From assembly GCA_030390025.1 (NCBI GenBank), contig CM059438.1, positions 33,666,001 to 33,730,000 on the forward strand: a stretch of DNA of 64,000 nt, in the 5' to 3' direction. The stretch comes from Squalus acanthias. Taxonomy: Eukaryota. The position numbers and the translations under genes are program-made. Under the pieces are notes generated by a model. It saw only the letters and a program-made list of their open reading frames with translations. It was not told the origin of the DNA and searched no databases. Positions 33,689 to 46,722 of the stretch are shown here, one piece after another; within the stretch, counting starts at the first letter, position 1; every line of letters begins with the position of its first letter.

Positions 33689-34704
33689 TGCAAGGGGACA
33701 TAGACAGGCTAAGTAAGTGGGCAGAGATTTGGCAGATGGAATACAACACTGGAAAGTGTGAGGTGATGCACTTTGGCAGGAAAAATCCTAGAGCAATTTA
33801 TTATCTTAATGGCAAGAAACTGGAGAGTACTGAAGTGCAAAGGGATCTGGGGGTCCTGGTGCACGAAACTCAAAAGGTTAGTATGCAGGTGCAGCAAGTG
33901 ATTAAGAAAGCAAATGGAATGTTGGCTTTCATTGCTAGGGGGATAGAATATAAAAATAGGGAGGTATTGCTTCAGTTGTACAAGGTATTGGTGAGACCGC
34001 ACCTGGAATACTGCATACAGTTTTGGTGTCCTTACTTAAGGAAAGACATCCTTGCTCTCGAGGCAGTGCAAAAAAGGTTCACTCGGTTAATCCCGGGGAT
34101 GAGGGGGTGGTCATATGAGGAGAGGTTGGGTAGATTGGGACTCTACTCATTGGAGTTCAGAAGAATGAGAGGCGATCTTATTGAAACATATAAGATTGTG
34201 AAGGGGTTGGATCGGGTGGATGCGGGGAGGATGTTCCCGATGACGGGTGAGACGAGAACTAGGGGACATAGTCTTAGAATAAGGGGCTGCTCTTTCAAAA
34301 CTGAGATGAGGAGGAACTACTTCACTCAGAGGGTGGTAGGTCCATGGAATATGCTGCCACAAAAAGCTGTAGAAGCTACAACATTAATTAAATTTAAAAC
34401 AGAAATAGACAGTTTCCTAGAAGTAAAGGGCATTAAGGGTTACGGGGAGCGGGCAGGAATTTGGACATGAGTCTAGGTTCGGATCGGTCATGGCCCTGTG
34501 GGTAGTGGAGCGGGCCCAGGGACTGTGTAGCCTGATTCTGCTCCTATTTCGTGTGTGCAATTCTGTTAGATGCAGGAGATGGTTCTGTGATAGATACTAG
34601 ATTGGCGGTTAGGATCAGATCAGCCATGATCTTATTGAATGGCGGAGCAGGCTCGAGGGGCCGATTGGCCTACTCCTGCTCCTATTTCTTATGTTCTTAT
34701 GTTC
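33689..34704 (+). mobile_element. 5'-truncated young CR1 inserted in the Harbinger B subterminal/promoter region
   Basis: Open ORF 33736-34470 (RT C-terminal region); TTCTTATG tail. Confidence 0.93.
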
Positions 34705-35524
34705 CGCTCTGGGGCGCCACAAGGGCGTTGCACCATGGAATGACGTCACAATCTGCGCGCGCAGGTGGTCGCGGCGGTAAAGTTTAGCGCCGCCGCACAA
34801 TGTCTAGTTAAGTTCCCGAGCGGCACAAACATCGCTGCGCCCGGGCACTAGCGGCTTTGCGCCCCATTAGCGCCCTCTTAAGGCGCTAACGGGAGGCGCA
34901 ACCAACTGAATTTTTCCCCCCTTTACTCTTATACTCAAATCTTCTTGTAATAAAGGCCAACATACCATTTGCTTTCTTATTTGCTTGCTGTACCTGCATG
35001 TTAACTTGCAGTGATTCGTGTACAAGGACACCCAGGTCCCTCTGAACACCAGCATTTCCCAATCTCTCACCATTTAAAACATATTCTGCTTTTCTATTTT
35101 TCCTACCAAAGTGGATAACTTCACATTTTTCCACATTATATTCCATTTGCCATGTTCTTGCACACTCACTTAGCCTGTTTATATCCGCTTAATCAAGTGT
35201 AAAAATACTTAACTGGAGGAGGGCTAACTTCAGTGAGTTGAAAAGGGATCTGGCCCAGATGGCTTGGAATCTAAAATTTGTAGGCAAAACAGTAATTGAA
35301 CAATAGGGGACATTCAAGGAGGAGATGGTTCGGGTACAGAATAGACACATTCCCACGAGGGGGAAAGGAAGGGCATCCAAAGCTAGAGCTCCCTGGATGA
35401 AAAAAGATATAGAGATTAAAATGAGACAGAAAAAGGAAGCTTATGGCAAATGTAAGGTTCATAATACAGTAGAGAATCAAGATGAATATAAAAAGTACAG
35501 AGGCAATGTAATAAAGGGAATAAT

Positions 35525-35933
35525 TGGAATTTAGAAGAATGAGAGGTGATCTTATTGAAACATATAAGATACTGAGGGGGCTCGACAAGGTAGATGCAGA
35601 GAGGATATTTCCCCTCGTGGCGAAATCTAGAACGCGGGGGCACAGTTTTAGAATAAAGGGTCGCCGTTTTAGAACTGAGATGAGGAGGAGTTTCTTCTCT
35701 CAGAGGGTCGTAAATCTGTGGAATTCTCTGCCCCAGAGAGCTGTGGGGGCTGGGTCATTAAATACATTTAAGGTGGAGATAGACAGATTTTTGCAAGATA
35801 AGGGAGTGAAGGGTTATGGGGAACGTGCAGGGAAGTGGCTTTGAGCCCAAGATCAGCCATGATCTTATTGAATGGCGGAGCAGGCTCGAGGGGCCAAGTG
35901 GCCTATTCCTGCTCCTATTTCTTATGTTCTTAT
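35525..35933 (+). mobile_element. 5'-truncated CR1 inserted in the CR1 host
   Basis: ORF 35524-35844 (EFRRMRGDLIE...) with TTCTTATGTTCTTAT tail; the host resumes at AAGAGGGGCAAAG. Confidence 0.88.
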
Positions 35934-38900
35934 AAGAGGGGCAAAGAGAGAGTATGAGAATAGAATAGTGGCCAACATAAAAGGGAACCCAGAAGTCTTT
36001 TTATGAACATATTAATAGTAAAAGGGTAGTAAAAGGAAGGGTGGGGCTGATTACGGTCCAAAAAGGAGATCTTCTTCTGGAGGCAGAGGGCATGGCGGAG
36101 GTACTAAATGAATATTTTGCATCTGTCTTCACTAGAAGTGGATGCTGCCAATGTAGCAGTAAAGGAGGAGACAGAAAGTGATATTGGATAGGATAAAACT
36201 AGATAAAGAGGAGGTACTTAAAAGGTTGGCAGTCCTCAAAGTAGAAAAGTCACCCAGTCAGGATGGATGCATCCTAGGTTATTGAAGGAAGTAAGGCTGG
36301 AAATTGCGGAGGCTCTGGCCACAATCTTACAATCCTCCTTGGATATGGGGTAGGTGCCAGAGGGCTGGAGGATTGAAAATGTTACACACCTGTTTAAAAA
36401 AGGGGAGAGGGATAAACCTGGCAACTACTGGCACGATGGGCTAAATGGCCTCCTTCTGTGCTGTTTCTTTCTATGATTCTATGATCTATGATTCTATGGT
36501 TGAGTTTAAGTTACATTGTAGGGAGATTTCCTCTGTGCGCATGTGTAACAAAATCTCAAGTCCATTTATAAAGAATGTCTTTTTAATTTTGTTACCCACA
36601 GCACACAGAGGAAATCTTCTCCAATGTTGGGGTAAAAAAGCTACACTCAACAACTGACCCACACAATATCTAACCATGGGGCACTTGATGGTGATTTTGG
36701 GTACATCATCAAATCACTACTTCCTGATTTATCTTGTATTGTCTTTTAATCTCCAACCAGTATTACAGGTCTGCCCCTTCACCGTGGCTTCTTATTATAT
36801 AAAAAAAATAGAAAAGTGCTCTTTTCCCCACCACTGATAATGCTCCACTTGATCAACACAAAATGTCACCAAGGTGGCAGGCATAATAATTATCTACAAA
36901 AGGTCGAATCCAAATTGTTAGGTGCGTTTGTGCTATTTTACCTTTTGTAAATGTTAGCTTTTTGAATGCAAGAAAGAAAATCAAACTGAAAACTGACATT
37001 GGCAGTTAGTTAAAGCTGTAGTACGCAAGTATGCAATTTTAACTCAACACTTGCATTTCACAACCTAATTTTTTTTAATGGCATTGCAGACATGCAGTTA
37101 TATAGGGCTGGTTCATATCTTGTGAATCTAAAAACAGCTGATGCATTCAGCTGTCTGTGCATGGCTTTGACTTTCATGCGAATTGTGTAATAGCAATGTT
37201 AATGGCATGAGTACATCCTTATAGGCATTGCTACTCTCACCAGCGATTTTCTTGTTAGTTTGGTCTCAACACTGAAATCAAAAGTTAAGAATAGAATAAA
37301 TATGCGTTGCGTCTGATGGTTGGATAACTGAGGAGAAACAGCAGGGAACTGAATTAATTTTCCTACATTTGTATTAATTTGAAAAGTTGCTGTTAGTTCA
37401 CATGTGCTTTGTAATACTGGATGATAAATACAGGAAAGGACTACAGGACCACCAGGAAATATTGTTTTATTGTTATGCTTCTTCAAGTTCAGAACCATGT
37501 TCACCTGCAGGGAAAAATACCTGACCTAAGTTAAAGGGAAATGTATAACTTGTGAGGAACCCCACCTCGTAACTCAAGATATTAATACCTCCTCATGTCA
37601 GTTTAAAAGAATTGGCTCATTGTATCTGAAAGTGTTAAGCAAGTTTTGATATTATTGGTTAAACTTTCCACTTTAGTCCTCTCAGCGTGAAACCACGCTT
37701 GTTAGGATTAGATATCGGGAAATCCAATGTCAACAGCTCCTGATTTTCCATCCCTTAAAATGAATAGATGGAAGTGGAGAGGCTGCAAGCACATGATTCA
37801 TGATACGCACTCCGGTGGTTAAGACCCCATGCTGGGAGCTCAGAAGTGGAAAATGCATGCTCATTTCATCATTCTCTGGGAATATTACTTTTTGCAATTT
37901 TGAACAAAATCTCAAACAGTAATTCTGTTTACATCTTAGCCAGGAAGTGCTGCCCCTTTCCAGCTCCTGGGTTATCTTTCTCCTTGAATTTCCATTCAGT
38001 CTAGTTTGTTTCCAACTGCTTTTTAATTTTAAAAGCACTTTGACATATTTGTAACTGGAAAAAAAACTGTTTTGCATATTCTCCTTATCAAGCTAAATTC
38101 TGAATAAGTCTTTCAAATAGTGCATAATATCTCAACTAAAGAAACACAAACGTATTTGTTTTATCTTCTTTATTGTGTTAGCAATTTTAAAAAATCAGCA
38201 ATATCTTTCAGATTACAGCATTAAAAATATCTCTCCGCGCACTGCGACTAGAGCCTCTCGACAAGCATGTCCCGCACAATAATGGTCTGTTACTTGATAA
38301 GACAGATAGCAAGATGTGAGATAGGTTCAATGAGCCTGGCTCTTTCATCATTTACTTGGCTGAACACAGGAGAAGTTATGTAACATGCTCTCAAGAGAGT
38401 TCAACAATTCAGCCTAAAATTGAAAGGAATTAAATGTGGTCCTTCTATCGAATAGTTGATAAATCTATTAACTCTCACAACCAAGCTGATGCTGGGTCAA
38501 CATATGGGGACATCCAGTGGAAATCATTGAATAGCAACTCTAGCAGGCATCTTGGCAGATATTCTTTCTACCTCCCTAACTTGGAGTCAACAGAACCAAT
38601 TGTCATATTCACAACCACCAATTGTCATCATAGAATATCACACAGAAGGAGGCCATTCAGCCCATCGTGCCAGTTCCCAACTGAGAACTGCACAGATCAA
38701 GAATCAAGCCTGAAGGATTCTTGGTCTTTATTGTTCATTGCAGCACCACACAGTACTGGCTGAGCTGGTGGAAGGGGGCAGTAATTCTTTTGAAAACTGA
38801 AATCAATAAAATTATTTTGGGTTAGATACTATTACTGTAACATTGGTGTTTTCAAAGAACATTTGTCCTAAAGAGATTCACTCAACATCAACTTTTGACC

Positions 38901-38974
38901 AAAAGAGTGGAATACAAAAATGTTTGCAACATTGAATATTTTATTACCAAACATTTGTTAGAGAAATGTAACAG

Positions 38975-40020
38975 TTTGTTGCCTCTGTCTTCGCAAAAGA
39001 ACAGGATGCTGCCAATAAGGAGGATAAAAATAGAGAAAGAGGTACTTAAAAGGTTGTCAGCGCTCAAAGTAGAAAAGACACCTGGTCCTGATGGGGTGCA
39101 TCCTAGGTTACTGAGAGAAGTAAGGCTCTGGCCACAATCTTTGAATCCTCCTTGGATATGGCAATGGCACCAGAGGACTGAAGGATTGCCAATGTTACAC
39201 CCCTGTTCAAAAAAGAGGAGAGAGATAAACCCGGTAACTACAGGCCAGTCAGCATGATGTCGGTGGTGGGGAAAGTTCTATAGATCATAATCCGTGACAA
39301 AATTAACTGTCATGGAAGAACATGGGTCAATAAATTACAGCCAACATAGATTTGTTAATTGTCAGGAGCCATTCATCAAGAGTAGGCACTTGTATGAGGT
39401 ATCAGAATGTATCAGTACCTGTACAAATATGCCACAAGATTAGATGATTCTTAGCTGTGATGTTCCTGCCTATCCTTCTACAGAACATCAACATACTATG
39501 CCAGGGAGTGATGGAATGAGAATTCATAACCACAATATCTGACAAGCCTGACTGAGTTCTTCTATGAAATAGCAGAGGGGGGGGGGGGGGGTGGGTGGGG
39601 GGGGGGGGGCGGTGGGGAGATGAGGGCAGTGTAGTTGATGTTGTATATATAGACTTTCAAAAGATGTTTGATATAAAGTGCCACATAATAGACGTTAGCA
39701 AAATTGAAGCCCATGGGATTAAAGGGGCAGTGGCAGTGTGCATACAAAATTGGCTAAGAGACAGAGAGTAGTAGTGAATGGTTGGTTATCAGACTGGAGG
39801 GAAGTATACAGTGGTGTCCCACAGGGGTCGGTATTATGGCAACTGCTCTTTTTGAAATATATTAATGACCTGAACTTTTGGAGACAGGGAAAAATTGTTG
39901 CAGTATCTTTCCTCAGGAGATTAAATGAGTTGTAGAATCCATGATAGGTTGAATTGCACATAGTCTGTGGAAGGAACTGGCTTGATGGGCCGAATTGCTG
40001 TTTGCGTTTAACTGTTCTAC
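38975..40020 (+). mobile_element. Degenerate CR1 fragments
   Basis: KTPGPDGVHPRLLRE and SGVPQGSVL remnants; 3' UTR-like GATGGGCCGAATTG at ~39984. Confidence 0.75.
39576..39617 (+). repeat. Poly-G / G-rich tract
   Basis: About 40 nt almost entirely G. Confidence 0.85.
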
Positions 40021-40899
40021 TTAAAGGCTTTTCATTCACCACCCTCCTTGCTTAAAACTATTATAAGAACAGTTCATATCAATTACAGTTTGGATAATTT
40101 ATGGGAACTGGAGATTGAGGTGTCAAAAATTTCTTCTGACCAACTTTGCTCAATAGATTTATTGCCACCTTGAAACCAAGATGAGGTTTCGTAGCGCATC
40201 TTGAATTAGGACTCTAACAGTAATCCAAAGAAATGATTAATTGCCAACTGTGAATAAAGAATATTTCTCTTATAGTTTTAAAATTCTTAGATTACTTGAT
40301 GAAAATCATACATGGAGTACTGTTACAGTCACAAACATTACAACAATTGAAAAAAATCATGCAAAAGCTAAATAATATGTAGATTTTGAAAATGTGAATA
40401 ATGCTCCTTTGTGTCAGCTTGTATAGCCTTTCCACCATAAATTCATATATTCTTAACTATTTGAAAGTTATATATGACCTGCTCATTTAGATTGTTATTT
40501 CAGTTATAGTATTTGGCACAGATATACAATGTATCCATCAAGAGCTGACTTAATTTATAGAAATTGTGGATATGTATTCAAAAATAAAGTAGCTTGAAAA
40601 ATTCAGATTTTGGCCCACACCTTTACTTTCATAATCTGTTACACCATAATACTGAGAAAAATAATTCAAAACAACATATGAAACATTATTAAGAGATCGG
40701 CAGTACTCTGCATAAAAATGCATGTTGTGTAAGTTCCATAATATTTATGATATTTGGCATACAACTATGGGGAGAAAAATCAAAATTTTGAGTTACACAT
40801 ACCATTTCTAGAAGAACTGGAAGCAAATAGGAGAAGGCAATAAATTATTCTTTACCATGTCATTTGAGGCTTTCCACCAAGCCCCCCCCACCAAAAAAA

Positions 40900-41102
40900 A
40901 ATGTGGAACACACTCCCCCAAAAGGCTGTGGACGGTGGGTCAATTGAAATTTTCAAGCCTGAGATTTTTATTAGGAAAGCGTATCAAGGATATGGATCAA
41001 AGGTGGGTAAATGGAGATGATGTGCAGATCAGCCATGATCTAATTGAATGGTGGAACGGGCTCGAGAGGCTGAATGGCCTACGTCTGTTCCTATGTTCCT
41101 AA
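40900..41102 (+). mobile_element. CR1 3' end remnant
   Basis: ATGTGGAACACACTCCCC...GATCAGCCATGATCTAATTGAATGG...GTTCCTATGTTCCT. Confidence 0.8.
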
Positions 41103-41240
41103 GTTTCAATCAGTTTCACGATATATTGTTGAGGAGTTAAGTAAATTAAGACCCGTTCCTCAAAATAGTTCCATTTGCAGTTTGTGTACTGTCATTTTTC
41201 TGCCGCTGAACATCTGTATATACTTCACAATCTCAGTGTG

Positions 41241-43255
41241 ACAACAACAACAACTTGTATTTATATAGTGCTTTTAACGTCGTAAAACGTCCCAAGGTGC
41301 TGCACAGGAGTGATTTAAGACAAAAAATTTGACACCGAGCCACATAAGAAGAAATTAAGGCAGATGACCAAAAGCTTGGTCAAAGAGGTAGGTTTTAAGG
41401 AGCGTCTTAAAGGAGGAAAGAGAGGTAGAGAGGCAGAGAGGTTTAGGGTGGGAGTTCCAGAGCTTAGGGCCTAGGCAGCTGATGGCACAACCACCGATGG
41501 TTGAGCGATTCTAATCAGGGATGCTCAAGAGGGCAGAATTTGAGGAGCGCAGATATCTCGGGGGGTTGTGGGGCTGAAGGAGATTACAGAGATAGGGAGG
41601 GGCGAGGCCATGCAGGGATTTGAAAACAAGGATGAGAATTTTGAAGTTGAGGCGTTGCTTAACCGGGAGCCAATGTAGGTCAGCGAGCACAGGGGTGATG
41701 GGTGAATCGGACTTGGTGCGAGTTAGGACACAGGCAGCCGAGTTTTGGATGACCTCAACTTTACGTAGGGTAGAATGTGGGAGGCCAGCCAGGAGTGCGT
41801 TGGAATAGTCAAGTCTAGAGGTAACAAAGACATGGATGAGAGTTTCAGCAGCGGATGAGCTGAGGCAAGTGCTGAGACGGGCGATGTTAAGGAGGTGGAA
41901 GTAGGCGGTCTTTGTTATGCTGCGGATATGTGGTCGGAAGCTCATTTTCGGGTCAAATATGACACCAAGGTTGCAAACAGTGTGGTTCAGCCTCAGACAG
42001 ATGTTAGGGAGAGGGATGGAGTCGATGGCTAGGGAATGGAGTTTGTAGCAGGGACCGAAGACAATGGCTTCGGTCTTCCCAATATTTAATTGGAGAAAAT
42101 TTCTGCTCATCCAGTCTGACAATTTAGAGACCGTGGAAGGGTCAAGAGAAATGGTGGTGAGGTAGAGCTGGGTGTCGTCAGCGTACATGTGGAAACTGAT
42201 TCTGTGTTTTCGGATGATGTCGCCAAGGGGCTGCATATAGATGAGAAATAGGAAAGGGCCAAGGATAGATCCTTGGGGGACACCAGATATAATGATGCAG
42301 GGAGTGGGAAGAGAAGCCATTGCAGGTGATTTTCTGGCTACGATTAGATAGATAAGGATGGAACCAGGCGAGTGCATATAGACGACGGTGGAGAGGCGTT
42401 GGAGAAGGATGGAGTGGTCAAACGTGTCAAAGGCTGCAGACAGGTTGAGAAGGATGAGGAGGGATAGTTTACCTTTGTCACAGTCACAAAGGATGTAATT
42501 CGTGACTTTGATGAGAGCCATTTCGGTACTGTGCCAGGGGCAGAAACCGGATTGGAGGGATTCAAACATGGAATTCCAGGAAAGATGGGCACGGATTTGG
42601 GAGGCGACAACACGTTCAAAGGACTTTGGACAGGAAAGGGAGGTTGGAGATTGGGTGGTAGTTTGCAAGGACAGAGGGGTCAAAGGTTCTTTTTTTAAGG
42701 AGCGGGGTGATAATGGCAGATTTGAAGGAGAGGGGGACAGTACCTGAGGAGAGCGAACCGTTAACAATGTCAGCTAACATGGGAGCCAGAAAAGGAAGTT
42801 GGGTGGTCAGCAGTTTGGTGGGAATAGGGTCGAGGGAGCAGGAAGTGGGTCTCATGGATAAGATGAGCGTGGGGATCTGGCGGTGAATGGCTAAACCAGT
42901 TGTCTGCCATATCCGTTCAAGTCTGCGTCTCTTGGACTTGAGGGAATGAAGATGAGGGCCGTGCCAGGGTGAGAGAGAGTAATGGTTTTAGTAGGGACTA
43001 GGGCATCAAAGGTGGTGGTGGGGGTGTGGTTGAGCAGATCACTAGGTGCAGAAATGTCGTGGTGAATGGAGGGCCAAAGGCTGGACAGTTGGGATTTCGT
43101 AAGTGCAGTTGTAAGAGAGATGTGAGAGAGTTTTTTGCAGGGGCAGACACAGAAGGAAGTAGGGTTGGGTGGGGGAAGGGGGATGTGGGTGGAGAGCGAT
43201 ACAAGGAAGTGGCCAGAGATGGCCTTATCTGCGATTGACACCGTGGGAGTAGGGA
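41241..43255 (-). mobile_element. L2-clade LINE (ORF2 RT region to (TTG)n tail), decayed
   Basis: ORF 41511-42767: QSGF, LSAAFDT, YADDTQLY, SRLDYSN, LHWLPV, GLAPPYL; (ACA)n at 41241. Confidence 0.9.
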
Positions 43256-43369
43256 CAACTAATGTTGCGCTAGCTTTTTTGCAAATCAATGTGCTTTAAA
43301 AATGTCAAATTCTACATGAAAATTTTCCTCTGCCAAATTTATATTGAGTGACTTCTATTGGATATGCAC

Positions 43370-43375
43370 TTTATT
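43370..43375 (-). terminator. Candidate poly(A) signal AATAAA for DNTT
   Basis: TTTATT on the plus strand, 10 nt downstream of the stop codon. Confidence 0.45.
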
Positions 43376-43385
43376 CTTCTGTAGT

Positions 43386-43511
<126 letters not shown>

Positions 43512-44959
43512 TCAAATGCTATATGACATGCTGCATCAGCCATGCAGATTATGCTCTTTTCAATAATGGTTACCATGAAAAGCGAATAATTTCCGTTGCT
43601 AATAAATACATGGGAAGAATGTGTCTGTTAATTCATGTTAAATTTTAGGGCCTCTATTGGCCATATGATGCAGAAACAATTGTGCTCTGTTTCGGTATAA
43701 ATAACAGGAGTAATTTTGTGAATCCGTACCTCCTGTGTGGAGCCTTGTCCATGGGCAGAACATCTGGAAATTCACCTGTGCACTGCCCAAGGGTTTCTGA
43801 CCACGAAATTCATGCCTGAACTTCCGATATGTGAGGCCGGCCATGAGGCTTCTCACCACCAGTGCAGACTTGTAAAATTACCCCTACTATGTTTATATCA
43901 TTCCAACAGACTAGATTCAACATAAAAATACCACAAAATGTATCTGGCACCTATAACGCAGCAAAATGTCCAAAGGTGTTTAACAGTTTATGTAACAGAC
44001 TGAATAACCAAACATATCACTGCAAACAACAGGCAACATCCTACTACCAATCATGTAATGCGACAACACCCACTTGATTATGTTATAATACTACTGGTAT
44101 GAATTCACTGAAATGACATCTGTCAACAATCTCAAAGGGTTTTCTACAGAGGATGTGAACCAACACTGAATATCAATGAATCTAAGACTGCTCAATCGCC
44201 AGACCAAAAAAAACTATAATTATAGAAAATAATTGTGACAGCGTAGTTAAAGACAGTGACATAATCTGTAATTCTTGAAAAACAGTTCCACTGGCTTTTG
44301 ATATCATTCAACCCATCAGTTATGTCATAACCATTTCTATATTACAACTGTCACCTGACCAACAGAAGGATTGCATATAAAGTACAATATTATTATGAAA
44401 CTTAGGCTATGTAGCAAACACTTGCTGTGTTTAGAGATATTGGGGAAAATCTATTTTTGAAACGGCTTCAAAATGGAATGTTTGCAGGATAGACTCACAG
44501 AGCTTAGATAAGGTTTTAGCTCCATGTCTCAATTAGAAATATGTAAGCATACTTTGCATAATGAAATGCTGAGTTTTAATAGAATTTAAAGAACAAGTGT
44601 TTGATTGCTGTGACTTTAATGATAATTTGCTTATAAAGGCAACCTTTTACAAACATTATTTTTGTTTGTTTTCATAATCTAGTAATAAAATTAAGATCTC
44701 ATCCAAACTTCACCAATGAATGTCCAACATGTTCCATTTTAGGGCTAGTTTTGAGTTCTTATCCACGTTAAGGGAATTTTCAGGTCAGCAACTCAGGGGA
44801 ATGTTTCTTGATTTTATAAACTGACGGGTCCCCAACATTAACTTACAGTTTCTCTTTACAGATGCTGTGTATTTGGAGCCCTTTTGGTTTCATTTCAAAT
44901 TTTCAGTATTTGCGGTCTCCATCTTCTTATTTGTGAGGTGTAATCAAACAAGAACACAG

Positions 44960-45085
44960 TGTCAGCATGGCTCAGTAATAGCACTCTTACTTGTGAGTCA
45001 TAATCTAGGCTAATGCTTTGTGTAGTATTGAGGGAGTGCTGCATTGTCGGAAGTGCAGTCTTTTGGATAAGAAGTTTAATCAAGT
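44960..45085 (+). mobile_element. tRNA-derived SINE fragment (shark SacSINE1/DeuSINE-like)
   Basis: GTCAGCATGGCTCAGTAATAGCACTCT A-box head followed by AGTATTGAGGGAGTGCTGCATTGTCGGA core; recognised from memory only. Confidence 0.6.
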
Positions 45086-45304
45086 TGAATATGCCCCCAG
45101 CTCTGAATTGCCCCTGCCATCTTCTCACTTCCTCCCCCCTCCCCCCAAAGCTGCACTTTGCTGCAGCCATGAGTACAACTCCTGCTCCCAATATGATCCC
45201 CTCCACCAATACCACACACCTTCCTCCTGCCCTGCTAGCCCCAACTCCTGGTGTGATGACCCCTCCCACAGCTAATTCTTAGAAATGTAAGTGTGAAATG
45301 TGTA

Positions 45305-46446
45305 TATGTTGTTCACATACACAAACCTCTGAAGGTGGCAGGACAAGTCAATCGGGCTGTTAAAAAAGCATACGGGATCCTGGGGCATGGAGTACAAAAG
45401 CAAGGAAGTTATTCTAAACCTTTATAAATTACTGGTTAGGCCTCAGCTGGAGCACTTTAGCAAAGACGTCAAAGCCTTGGAGAGGGTGCAGAGGAGTTTT
45501 ACTAGAATCGCGCCAGGGATGTGGGATTTCAGTTATGTGGAGAGACTAGAGAAACTGGGGGTTTTCTTCTCAGAGCAGAGAAGGTTAAGGGGAGATTTAA
45601 TAGAGGTGTTCAAAATCATGAGATGTTTTGAAGAGTAAATAGGGAGAAACTGTTTCCACTGACAGGAGGATTGGTAACCAGGGGACACAGAGTTAAGGTA
45701 ATTGGCAAAAGAACTAAGGAGATGAGGAGAGTTTTTTTTAACACAGCGAGTTGTTATGATCAGGAATACACTGCCTAAAAGGGTGGTGAAGCAGATTTAA
45801 TAATAACTTTCAAAAGGGAATTGAATATACACTTGAAAATGAAAAAAAATTGCAGGCCTATGGGGAAAGAGCGGGGGAGTGGGACTAATTGGATCGCTCT
45901 ACCAAAGAGCCGGCACAGGCACGATGGGCCGAATGGCCTCCTTGTGTGCTGTAGAGTCTAAGGGGGGAAAATTCGGTGGCGCCCCCCTTGAGGCGCTAAC
46001 TTCGCCAGGGTGCTACTTTTAGCGCCCCGAAAAAGTTAGCGCCCCCGCGCCGTAAATTCAGTGGTAGCGCCCGAAGCTACTGGAAGCGCTCCCCCTCCTT
46101 CCTGGGGCGCTACCACTGAATATCACAGCGCTAATGGCCGCCCGGCACCTGCCCTTTAATTTGCACCGTCGCGGCCACAAAACCACCACCCTGACCCTGG
46201 CGGTAGGTCAGGGGGCGTGACCGAAGTTTGCGGCCGGGGCGCTGCGCACCGCAATGACGTCATCGCGGGAGTCGCAGCGCCGCGGGGTGCTACCGGCTAC
46301 CGCCGCTGCTAACCTCCCGCTGAATTTTGCAGGGAGGCATTAGCGGCGCAGCGCCCAGGCTCTAGGGGCTTTGCGCCCCATTAGCGCCCCCCGGGGTTGC
46401 TAACGGGAGGCACAAAGCAACCCAATTTTTCCCCCTATGATTCTAT
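45305..46446 (+). mobile_element. CR1 3' fragment whose microsatellite tail is split by MITE 45962-46435
   Basis: ORF 45387-45638; 3' UTR to 45960; tail resumes TATGATTCTAT at 46436. Confidence 0.88.
45962..46435. mobile_element. Harbinger-like MITE (474 bp), related to 60282-61054
   Basis: TIRs GGGGGGAAAATT / AATTTTTCCCCC; many TAGCGCC motifs; flanks TAA/TAT. Confidence 0.87.
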
Positions 46447-46722
46447 AAAAATTATATATTACACATAAAATTAAATGAAATAAATAAAATGTATATAGCT
46501 GCTGATACTTTAAATTTTGCGGGTGCCATCTTTAACTTCAGGAACCGCGCCCCAACCCTGCTCAACATTCCTCTTCCAGCCTCTTACCCTCCTCTGCCCC
46601 AGCTCCACCCTATTCTGCCTTCCCTCTCACCCCACACTGCTCTAACTTTCTCTTCGAACTTCTAGATTTCTGCATCACAGTCCTCTGTCACCCCCAGTCC
46701 AATTATTCCCCACCCTGTGTGC

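Larger units (their letters stand above)
29293..34920. mobile_element. PIF/Harbinger DNA transposon copy B with two internal CR1 insertions
   Basis: TIRs GGGGGAAAAATT / AATTTTTCCCCC; TSD CTT; colinear with copy A. Confidence 0.95.
28694..35189 (-). mobile_element. CR1 3' fragment (28694-29292 plus 34924-35189), host of Harbinger B
   Basis: ORFs 28781-29260 and 34924-35146; tail TAAGAACATAAGAACATAAG at ~28697. Confidence 0.9.
27205..36497 (+). mobile_element. Decayed CR1 host (ORF1 end, ORF2 start; pieces 27205-28693, 35190-35523, 35934-36497) containing a stack of nested insertions
   Basis: ORF1 esterase remnant 27221-27448, endonuclease 28063-28597, continuation at 35190; jumps from NYRP directly to the 3' UTR at ~36431; tail at 36470-36497. 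Confidence 0.85.

Noticed and set aside
36500-38900. Possible exons of a neighbouring gene (ORFs 37199-37504, 37730-38077; acceptor-like site at ~37505)
   Set aside because: No recognisable protein similarity in the frames I read; cannot be supported without RNA or homology data.
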